Below, one piece after another: positions 41,758 through 52,294 of a stretch of 64,000 nucleotides of DNA. The DNA comes from Amoebidium appalachense. Taxonomy: Eukaryota > Protista > Ichthyosporea. The notes under the pieces were generated by a model, which was not told the DNA's origin, ran no database searches, and saw nothing but the letters and a program-made list of their open reading frames with translations. The position numbers were made by a program, and so were the translations under genes. The DNA lies in assembly GCA_963693365.1 (NCBI GenBank), contig CAVNZM010000014.1, forward strand, positions 4,216,001-4,280,000, given 5' to 3'. Positions within the stretch are counted from its first letter, which is position 1; the number at the start of each line of letters is the position of its first letter.

Positions 41758-42672
41758 ATAAAAGGCAGCTATTTTAGTTGTGGAAATGCTTCTAAGACTA
41801 CTATATGCTCCTGTACAATGTGTACACTGATAAACGTCTATATTTAAGAATGTGTAATCAAATCATAAAAAGAAAAATGTATGTGGAAGCCACTAAAAGA
41901 AAACAATGCCAGTCAAATTATGAGTGCCGCCCTATCAACCCCCTCCCTCCCTCCCTCAACCCCCCCCCCCCCACACACACACCCCCACCCCCCTCCCGAT
42001 ACCCCACCCCTCCAAGACCCCCTTCTACCCCTTTCCCGCTCTCCCTCCTACCCTCTTCCCCCTTCCCCCCCCTTCCCTTCCCTCTGCACGTACGCGCAGC
42101 ACACTGCCTCCGCCATTCTCAAACGAGGTTGATAAAAGCTTGATAGACAGTCAGAAAACGAAGAACCCTCCCCCCCCCCCTTCCCCGTAAGTCCCATCCT
42201 CCCCAAGGGCCGTGGGTCCCTCCATTTTTTCATGTTAGAATTTAAAGCTTATCAGTGCTTGGGTGCGTGTGTAGGCTTGTGTGCGGCGTGCGTACGTTTG
42301 CGTGTGTACGATGTGTGTGTTCGTGTGTGCGCGTGTGTGCGCGTGTGCATGCATGTGCATATGCACTCGTGTGTGCTTGCTCACACCCAGCCCTGCCGCC
42401 AGGGGAAGGGGGGAAAACGTTGGGGAAAGGGGAATGGGAGGGAGGGGGAGGGGGAGGGGGAGGGGGCAAGGGTAAGGGGGTGACGGAGGGGGGGAGGGGG
42501 GGGGGGGGGGAAGGGGGGGGGAGGGGGGGGGAGGGGGGGGGGGGAGAGCAGAATTTTCAAAGCCTTAGAGAAGAGAGAGGCAGCACAGACAGAGCACATG
42601 AGCAGACAGAGAAAGAGAGATATGCCTAGGGATAGAATGAGAGCCTCAGGGCAGAGGGGGTGAGGCCGGGGA

Positions 42673-42705
<33 letters not shown>

Positions 42706-42741
42706 CGTCTGTGTGTGCACGTGTGTGTGTGTGCATGTACG

Positions 42742-42786
<45 letters not shown>

Positions 42787-43289
42787 TGTGCCACCGTGGA
42801 TGGGTGGGTGGGTTGTGTAGCCGTGGTGACCATATACCCATGATGATCATGGTGAGTCCGTGAGTGGGTGGGTGTATGGGTGAGGTGGGGAAGGGGAAAT
42901 GGAGGACACTACAGGAAGGGGAGGTTGGGGGGATGGGTGGGGAAGGGGGGGGGGGGGGGGGATGAGAAGGGGGGATGGGGAGGGGATGGGGGGGGGGGGG
43001 GGAAGGAGGTGGGAGGGAGGAGGAGTGTGGAGGGGGGAGTGGGAGGAGACAAGGGGTGGGGGGGGGAGGGGTGGGGGGAGGGGGAAGGGGTTAAGGGGAG
43101 AAGGGGGAGGGTGAAAGTAGATAACTTTCTGTGCACAACTTGAGCTCACAACCACGTGATGTTGCTTTATACTGTAACAATATATTCATATGATATTATC
43201 ATTTACATTAATACCGTGGTTATCATCAATAAACATATAACAATACCAAAGTTCAAGGCTGGCACAGCCAGTTGAACACATTTTGAGTT

Positions 43290-45003
43290 TTATAAATCAG
43301 AATCCAAGCACATATCATACTCATCTTCTTCATCAGTAAAATCATCTCCAATTTCATCATTTTCATTATCAATCCTAGGCTGATTATGGGCATTATGCAT
43401 TACCTTATTTTCATCATACACATCCTTGAATTTTTCAAGCAATTTTACATGAGCATCCTTACGTTTTTTATCCATTCGTTCCAGAACTTCTGGCTTAAAA
43501 CGGTAAGCTCTTATATCTCTAAATACTTCATGCAGTCTAGCACACATATGCCGATTTTCTTTGTGCACAATCTGCATTGGAAAACTATGATTATCCCCGG
43601 CCCTACCATGTGAAGTATTATTGTAAAAATCACTGTTTTGCATTTGGTTTAATTTTTCTAAAGCTTGACAACTAGCAGGACCCAACCAACCGTGTTCCCG
43701 CAATAAATCAGAAACATGATTAACTAAAAAATGAACGTAAGGAGTGATATCCTGGGTGCCATAAATATCTGCATAAATTCGGACGAAAAAAACAGCCTCC
43801 GCCTGAAAATCATCGGGGTTCAGGTACCCCTCGGTATTGGGCTTTGCACTAAGTGCAGCATCTAGCTTAAGAAACGATTCCCAGCACTTAACATAATGGG
43901 AATGTTGGATGAGGGTGACCTTTTGGCGATCAGATTGGTTGGTGCGGGTGGGGTTGCGGGCAGCGGGAAGAAGAGTGGAAAGTAGGCATTTCTGCTTGCC
44001 GTTAATATTGATGGGTGTAATAAGCACTCTCATTGCCTTGATGCGCTCGGTTCCGTTAAGTTCCGTGTGTTTCCAAACTCCCTCCTTATTTTGAAAAAAC
44101 GTAAAATTATCAGCAACACCCGTTTCTTTCAAAGCCCTCTCCACTCTAATCATCTGTTCTGTTTTCTGGGTGGTGTTTTTCGTGCCCCCCCCATTGCCAT
44201 CCCGGCCCTCCTGCAGTGCATGAGACCATATAGATTCAAACAGGCGATCGGTAATGCGAAGACGCATGTGCAGGGTATCTATAATCACCCGGTCGTATCC
44301 CAGTTTCCAAATTGGGGCATGGGCAACACCAATCTTGCGTGAGGGTGCCACATCCTTGCGTAGAGCTGCCCCCAAATCAGTCAGAGTCTTGTGGCCACAC
44401 TGACCACGGTTTGCCTTGGTGAGAGGGTACAGAGCAGACAAAAGTACTTGGCGGTTGGCCCCCGCAGGCCTGTGTTTGACATTTATGCACGTTAATTTCT
44501 TTCCTACGACCATTCAGCAACATTCTTGTGTGACGTTTTTTTTTTTTTTTTTTTTTTTTGTGGGGGGGGGGGGGGGGGAGGTGGGGGGGGGGGGAGGTGG
44601 GGAGGGGGGGGGGGGGAGGAGAGGAGGGGAAGAATGGGGAAGCCCGTTGGGGGGGGGGGGGGGGGGAAGGGGAGGGAGAAGGGGAGGGAAAAGGGGAAGC
44701 AGGAAACGAATGGTGTGTGCTTGTTAGGGGGAAAGAGGGGAGAGGTGGGGGATAGGGGAAAGGGGGGAGGGGGGGGGGGGGGGGAAGGGGGGAAGGGGGG
44801 GGGGGGGAGGGGGGGGGGGGGGGGGGGGGAGGGAGGGAGGGGGGGAGGGGGGGGGGGAGGGGGGCTAGCACTACACTATGCATTTGATTTTTTCTCCATA
44901 TCTGCCCCTGACTGCCAACAGATTAATCAGGGGGAGAAGGGATACAGGGTTAATAGCTGAAAATCGTTTTCGTGTAGCCGGCATCATTACTACGTTTCTG
45001 TAT

Positions 45004-45034
<31 letters not shown>

Positions 45035-46250
45035 GGAGGGGGGGGAAGGGGGGAAGGGGGGAAGGGGGGGGGGGGGGGGGGGAGAAGGGTGAGGGGGATG
45101 GGGGGAGGCTGGGCCAGAGGGGGGGGGGGGGGTAAATACCTAGCAACGTTTTTATGGCCTTCCATCTCCGCCCAGGTACCAATGGAAACGAAAGATATCT
45201 GGCGGTTCGCCGTCTGCGGCCAGATCAATATCCGTATTGTCCAACTGTGCAATTCGGTCGAAAACAGGCCCAAGTGCTGCTTTCATTTCCTTGTATGATT
45301 CCCCCCCCTCGTAGAGGGCTACGGTGTATTCACGAAAAGGGCTCAGCCCGTCCTTTTCCACCTCCTCCCATACCGAAAAAACTAAGTTGACCTTGTTAAT
45401 CCTATCCGATATCCTGCTACCGTCACATGCTACTCGTAATTTAACATAGTTGTCTCGGCATTGCGTTCCGTAGATGCGCACGAAATGATTGAATTTTCAC
45501 TAAAAATTTTAAAATATCAACGGGATCCCGGTATGCGCCGTTCACTAGAATATCATCGGAGTTATCGGGCGATTGGATTGGGTGAACTGGGATTGCGGCA
45601 TTTTGTCGATGCTTTTCCGCCTTAAGGGGTGAAATACGCATCATCCCCTGGTTGCCTTTAACGCGCGTTAAGTTTCCCCACGCTCCATTACTAATGCCGG
45701 CAGAATCAGCAGCCGCGACGTTTGCACGAATCACATCTATACGGTCACGGAGACAGGTGTGATGCTTATGGATGTGTCGATCGGGGGAAAACAAATCCTT
45801 GCACCGGTTAACCATGTCGCGCAGAAAGTCGCCCGCAAGAGTAGGTGGTTTAATTGGAGGCACATCCGTATTTGGGCGGTTACTAGGAGGGGTTGGATCG
45901 GAGCCGTCGGGGTCAAGGGGGAACTCAAGCTCCGAATCCGTGTCGTCGCCTGCATCTGAGGCGGCATCTGCAGCATCCTCTGCTGTGTCAGTTTGGAATT
46001 TATGCTGTGGTAGCTTAGCTAATACCTGTTCTCGGTACTTGCTGTTCGGGTCCCCCAAATGAATGTTTTCATATGTAACACCCCCATCAAAACTAAAAAC
46101 AATTTCATAAAACAACACATCTGCAAAATTACGTGCTAAAAATAGACATAGTAAATGTCTTAATTCGTTTCTTCTACATGTTTTGCCGTTGGGTTTTTGG
46201 TCTATGAAAGGAATACTAGGGGCTATTCTGTTGTGCACATAATAATATTT
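43290..46250 (-). pseudogene. RAG1/Transib-like DDE transposase core; exons 45140-46250 and 43290-44469; at least three frameshifts; 5' end cut by retroelement insertions
   Basis: RAG1-core motifs in order: RVACDG, YLGGD(W)K, spliced LLG|LRGPTAKYFCLLC, IIDTLH, ITPYVHFLVNH, GPASCQALEKLN. Frameshifts near 45470, 45163 and 44424. Confidence 0.82.
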
Positions 46251-47789
46251 CTTATGCCAACGTCGTCTTTACCAGCCCCAGCAAGGGGATACATGAGCCG
46301 GTGCCTGTGGATCAATCTCACAAGCAGGCACAGGTGTGCTCCACAGGAGCAATGAAAAGAATGACAAATGTCATACAGAAACATGCTCAAAAAACGTAGC
46401 CTAGTGCCTAAATAGGCAAAGGGTGTGGTGGGTGGGCAAAAACTTAGCTAAACAATTGGGCCTAAAGAGACCTAAACGCGCTCAGTAGCGCCGCAACTGA
46501 CCTCCCTGGGGCCGCGCGAGCTCATTATAGAGCGCGGCCCACATTTTTGCCTATGGAAATATGAAGAAATGATTTAGAACCTATCAAATCCATGAAATCT
46601 ACCAAAATGGAATTTTTGCTGCACATCAACCAATGAAAAATTTTTACAAGTGGCTAAAACCCCTAGATCATAAAGACCAAATCGATTGCCGCCCATTTCG
46701 GACTAGATATAACTCAAACTCATCAATATATCCATATGGCATATCCCACAGAACATAAAAACAGCTACAGCTCCCTAAATAAAAATGCTAGCAGCCTGAA
46801 ACTTTGCACACACATCAAACACACCATGGCCTAATGCATTATACTACCACGAAGTTCACAGCACACTCGCAACACACAATTTCACTCCAACGGGGCTATC
46901 TAATTCTCCTGCAAAGAAAACACGTTTACAAACTTAATATTCTTATGCCAACGTCGTCTTTACCAGCCCCAGCAAGGGGATACATGAGCCGGTGCCTGTG
47001 GATCAATCTCACAAGCAGGCACAGGTGTGCTCCACTACTCCCTACCTGGCACGGGAAGGAACGAACCATGCCGTGGGTGACTGACGCAGCGCTGCAGCCC
47101 GGGCAAGGAGCGACGCAGGCACGCGAATAGAAAGAACAAGAGACTGGCCGGCCTGCACATACCGGCGGAGGGAGGCATGCGATCTCCATCGACCACACAG
47201 AGCAATCGTCTCTACTGAAACACCCCTGACATAGTCTCTCGAGGCACCACCATGGCGAAGACTGTGAAGATGGAACCCATACTCGTTGAGGCCGAGGGAG
47301 TCACATGCCGCTTGGAACTTGGCACGCAGAACATCATACGAGAAAGGAAACAGCCGCGCAGAAGGGGGGGCGCCACGGAACCAGAAAGACAGGATGGCCA
47401 ACAGGGACGGATCGGTGATGGGGACAAACTGATTTGGACCAGTCTTGGTGTCGGCCAGGCGGATGCCGCCTGTACCGGGTGGCATGTCGTGGAGAACACA
47501 AGTGGCTAAAACCCCTAGATCATAAAGACCAAATCGATTGCCGCCCATTTCGGACTAGATATAACTCAAACTCATCAATATATCCATATGGCATATCCCA
47601 CAGAACATAAAAACAGCTACAGCTCCCTAAATAAAAATGCTAGCAGCCTGAAACTTTGCACACACATCAAACACCATGGCCTACAGCATTATACTACCAC
47701 GAAGTTTACAGCACACTCGCAACACACAATTTCACTCCAACGGGGCTATCTAATTCTCCTGCAAAGAAAACACGTTTACAAACTTAATA
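46249..47789 (-). mobile_element. Family 1 copy with both ends but a large internal deletion (partial A1 joined to the 3' half of YR, then B1-A2-B2)
   Basis: YR remnant 47042-47495 with HSLRHGG/GRW/RRY joined directly to A sequence at about 47497. Confidence 0.9.
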
Positions 47790-47802
47790 TTTTCGTCTTT
47801 AA

Positions 47803-50800
47803 TATTAAGTTTGTAAACGTGTTTTCTTTGCAGGAGAATTAGATAGCCCCGTTGGAGTGAAATTGTGTGTTGCGAGTGTGCTGTAAACTTCGTGGTAGTA
47901 TAATGTTGTAGGCCATGTTGGTGTTTGATGTGTGTGCAAAGTTTATGCCACGTCATGTCTTTGCCGCCTCTGATTTGTTTCCTGTTCCGGCCATTCCTGT
48001 GCCGGACCGTTCTGGACAAGCCCGTCTACGCAAGCCTGTCTACGGAGTCAACGCCGTCGGCAACGTCTGTCTCACCGCCTGAAGTGGGTTACTATGGCTA
48101 ACCGTTGTCTTGGTGCCCTCAATGAGCTGTGGGCAGGCGGCCCTTGCCCATTCCCGACCCGGTTGGTGAACAGTCACCACCATGCCCTGTGGACCTTTGT
48201 CCTTAGGGCCAGCTACGATGCTATACGCGCGGGTGTCTATGACGCTCAGCCTGCGAGTAGTGTCTTGGCTGCGTTCCCCGCGGCCTACCCTGTATTGACA
48301 GGATGGCTACCTCTCACGGCGGCAAATGCCGCTTTGCCACCCCCTGGGGTTGGAGCCACAGTGGACGTGTGGCAGTTTTTGTCTCCTACGCTGCAGCCGT
48401 TTTTGGCCAACTGCGACGGCGGCCTTCTCAAGCCTGTTCCGCCGACGCCTGCAGAGCTGCGCCGCATCCGACCGGCGCATCACGTTCCCAGTGGGGAATA
48501 CGGTCCCCTGCTTCTTCGGCTTCAAGACTGCGGCATGGTGCACTATTTCGAGGCGAAGGAAAAACCACTGGCCATCAATGGGCTGTTTGGGGTCCCCAAA
48601 GACACCAGAGCCCGCGTCATTTTTGACGGCCGCCGTGGCAACCTGTTCTTTGCCCGTGATCATCCTGCCCTCCAGGTGCACCTGCCCAACCCTGCCGATT
48701 TTGCCGATCTGTTGCTGGGGCCTGAGGATTGCCTCTATTTTGGCAAGTCGGACATGGACAACCAGTTCCATCGTCTTCTTGCCCCGGAGTGGCTGTGGCG
48801 GTACTTCGGATTGCCGCCTGTGTCTTCGGAGGCTGTTGGCATTTCTGGGCCCGACCGGCTTGTGTACCCGGCCCTCAAGACCGTGCCCATGGGCTGGGTG
48901 CATTCTGTGCTTGTGGCTCAAGACGTCCATGGGCAGTTGGCTGACCGAGCCGGCATGCCCCGCATTGAGCGCCTCTGTGCGATAGTGCCGCGGCCTGTGG
49001 AGGCCACGCAGCATGCCCTGTATGTGGACGACTGTGGCTGGGTCGGCACAGATGCCACCGCCATCAATCGTCAGCGTGCATTGTATCATGGCGTCACCGG
49101 CCCAGCTGGTCTTCCCTCCAATGTCAAGAAGGATGTGGCTGCTGGTTCGTCGTCCTCTATGGTGCTGCTAGGCCTGGAAATGCATCGCTCTGGGATATTG
49201 CGCCCGTCTGGCGCTTCCTTGTGCCGTCTGGTGGCGGAAACCCAGGCCGTGTTGCGTCGTGGTGTCGTCACGCAGCTCCGTTTGCAGCAGTTGCTTGGTG
49301 GTTGGGTGTGGGCGGCACTGCTGCAGCGGCCGCTTTTGTCACTGCAACCGTCGTGGCCACTACAGCCAGCTGTCAGGTCCTGTGCACGAGCCAAGCCCGT
49401 CCGCCCCCCCGGCACCTATCCTGGCAGCTGTTGGTGGCCGGTGGACCACCAACATCAGTCATCGTTGGCGCCACTCCGACCACATCAACATTCTGGAGGG
49501 AGAAGCCTTGCTCCTGGGGCTTCGTTGATTAGGTCGGTCTACGGCTGCCCGGGGCTCCCGCTACCTTTGGGGCCTTGATTCGACGGCGCTGCTTGGGGCT
49601 GTTGCTAAGGGTCGTTCAGCATCCCGACGCCTGAACCGTGTATGCCGCCAGGTGGCTGCCTACATGCTTGCCCTCGACATTCGTTTGTATTGTGCGTGGC
49701 TGCCGTCAGCCCACAATCCTGCAGATGGTCCCTCGCGGTTTTCTGGCTGACCAGGCCATAAAGCCCCCAACCCTCAAGGCCTACCGGGATGCTGTTGTTG
49801 AGTTCCTGGATTGGTTGCCCCCTGGTACCGACACCAAGTCCCCCGCCGAACTGGACGACCTCCTGGTGGAGTATTTTGAGGAGTGTTATGCCATTGACAC
49901 ATCGCGTGGCCAGCGTCAGCGCTGTGTCAACACAGCTGCCGGCATCAAGCATTTCATGCCACGCCTGGGTCCACACCTGCAGGCCGCCCAACGGAGCCTG
50001 CAGGGCTGGAACCGGCTTGTTCCAGCAAAGACCACGCCCCCGCTTCCGTTTTCATTGGTCCTCGTCATTGGCCATCATTTGTATTCCAAAATTGGCCCCT
50101 TGTTTGGTATTGCTGTTTTGCTCGGATTTGAGTGTTATTTTCGTGTCAGTGAGTTGCTTATGCTCACCCGTACGGATCTTATATTGCCCGACGACCCCGT
50201 TCCCCATGACATGCCACCCGGTACAGGCGGCATCCGCCTGGCCGACACCAAGACCGGTCCAAATCAGTTTGTCCCCATCACCGATCCGTCCCTGTTGGCC
50301 ATCCTGTCTTTCTGGTTCCGTGGCGCCCCCCCTTCTGCGCGGCTGTTTCCTTTCTCGTATGCTGTTCTGCGTGCCAAGTTCCAAGCGGCATGTGACTCCC
50401 TCGGCCTCAACGAGTATGGGCTCCATCTTCACAGTCTTCGCCATGGTTGTGCCTCGAGAGACTATGTCAGGGGTGTTTCAGTAGAGACGATTGCTCTGCG
50501 TGGTCGATGGAGATCGCATGCCTCCCTCCGCCGGTATGTGCAGGCCGGCCAGTCTCTTGTTCTTTCTATTCGCGTGCCTGCGTCGCTCCTTGCCCGGGCT
50601 GCAGCGCTGCGTCAGTCACCCACGGCATGGTTCGTTCCTTCCCGTGCCAGGTAGGGAGTGGTGGAGCACACCTGTGCCTGCTTGTGAGATTGATCCACGG
50701 GCACCGGCTCATGTATCCCCTTGCTGGGGCTGGTAAAGACGACGTTGGCATAAGAATATTAAGTTTGTAAACGTGTTTTCTTTGCAGGAGAATTAGATAG

Positions 50801-51447
50801 CCCCGTTGGAGTGAAATTGTGTGTTGCGAGTGTGCTGTAAACTTCGTGGTAGTATAATGTTGTAGGCCATGGTGTGTTTGATGTGTGTGCAAAGTTTCAG
50901 GCTGCTAGCATTTTTATTTAGGGAGCTGTAGCTGTTTTTATGTTCTGTGGGATATGCAATATGGATATATTGATGAGTTTGAGTTATATCTAGTCCGAAA
51001 TGGGCGGCAATCGATTTGGTCTTTATGATCTAGGGGTTTTAGCCACTTGTGAAAAATTTTCATTGGTTGATGTGCAGCAAAAATTCCATTTTGGTAGATT
51101 TCATGGATTTGGTAGGTTCTAAGTCATTTCTTCATATTTCCATAGGCAAAAATGTGGGCCGCGCTCTATAATGAGCTTGCGCGGCCCCAGGGAGGTCAGT
51201 TGCGGCGCTACTGAGCGCGTTTAGGTCTCTTTAGGCCCAATTTTTTAGCTAAGTTTTTGCCCACCCACCACACCCTTTGCCTATTTAGGCACTAGGTTAC
51301 GTTTTTTGAGCATGTTTCTGTATGACATTTGTCATTCTTTTCATTGCTCCTGTGGAGCACACCTGTGCCTGCTTGTGAGATTGATCCACGGGCACCGGCT
51401 CATGTATCCCCTTGCTGGGGCTGGTAAAGACGACGTTGGCATAAGAA
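47803..51447 (+). mobile_element. Family 1 copy lacking gag: partial A1, deleted pol, intact YR, B1 50661-50756, A2 50757-51260, B2 51352-51447
   Basis: A1 jumps to the pol start at 47944; LYVDD present; deletion at about 49338 and stop near 49526 disable RNase H. Confidence 0.92.
49725..50654 (+). CDS. Tyrosine recombinase (309 aa), open frame
   Basis: FRVSE, DTKTG, HSLRHG, GRW, RRYV; nearly identical to 22814-23743. Confidence 0.92.
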   Translation: MVPRGFLADQAIKPPTLKAYRDAVVEFLDWLPPGTDTKSPAELDDLLVEYFEECYAIDTSRGQRQRCVNTAAGIKHFMPRLGPHLQAAQRSLQGWNRLVPAKTTPPLPFSLVLVIGHHLYSKIGPLFGIAVLLGFECYFRVSELLMLTRTDLILPDDPVPHDMPPGTGGIRLADTKTGPNQFVPITDPSLLAILSFWFRGAPPSARLFPFSYAVLRAKFQAACDSLGLNEYGLHLHSLRHGCASRDYVRGVSVETIALRGRWRSHASLRRYVQAGQSLVLSIRVPASLLARAAALRQSPTAWFVPSRAR

Positions 51448-51509
51448 TCTCTTTTTTACACTGAGTGTTAGCATTCTGTGCGCGTGTGGGTGAATGTCGC
51501 GCGAATGGT

Positions 51510-52116
51510 GCGTGTGGTTGTGGTGGTGGTTGTGGTGGTTGTGGAGGTGGTGGTTGCTGTGGTGGGTGGTGCGGTGGTGGGAATTGCGGTGGTTGTGGTT
51601 GTGGTGGTTGCGGTGGTGGTGTTGGTCGTGGTTGTGGTGGTTGCGGTGGTGGTGTTGGTCGTGGTTGTGGTGGTTGCGATGGTGGTGGTGGTCGTGGTTG
51701 TGGTGGTTGCGGTGGTGGTCGTGGTCGTGGTTGTGGTGGTTGCGGTGGTGGTGGTGGTCGTGGTTGTGGTGGTTGCGGTGGTGGTGGTGGTCGTGGTTGT
51801 GGTGGTTGCGGTGGTGGTGGTGGTCGTGGTTGTGGTGGTTTGCGGTGGTGGTGGTGGTCGTGGTTGTGGTGGTTGCGGTGGTGGTGGTGGTCGTGGTTGT
51901 GGTGGTTGCGGTGGTGGTGGTGGTCGTGGTTGTGGTGGTTGCGGTGGTGGTGGTGGTCGTGGTTGTGGTGGTTGCGGTGGTGGTGGTGGTCGTGGTTGTG
52001 GTGGTTGCGGTGGTGGTGGTGGTCGTGGTTGTGGTGGTTGCGGTGGTGGTCGTGGTCGTGGTTGTGGTGGTTGCGGTGGTGGTGGTGGTCGTGGTGGTTG
52101 TGGCGGTGGTTGTGTT
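51510..52116. repeat. GGT-based 30-bp minisatellite (GGTTGCGGTGGTGGTGGTGGTCGTGGTTGT with variants)
   Basis: Regular tandem units; open in all frames as low-complexity peptides, and a 1-nt slip near 51841 argues against coding. Confidence 0.9.
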
Positions 52117-52294
52117 GATGGGTAAGGTGGTTGGTAGAGTGGGTACATTTGCAGTAAGGGATAAAAAGGATTTCCCGCAATTAATATTGGATTAGACTGG
52201 GAGTGGTCCGTTTTTTTTGTTTTTTTTTTTTTTTTGCGGAGATTGAACTGACTGCTCACTTAGGCGCGGGCGACCTCTAGATCTCTTATCCGGC

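Noticed and set aside
51341-52259. Pro/His/Thr-rich (extensin- or mucin-like) ORFs
   Set aside because: Artefact of a GGT minisatellite open in all frames, with an internal 1-nt slip.
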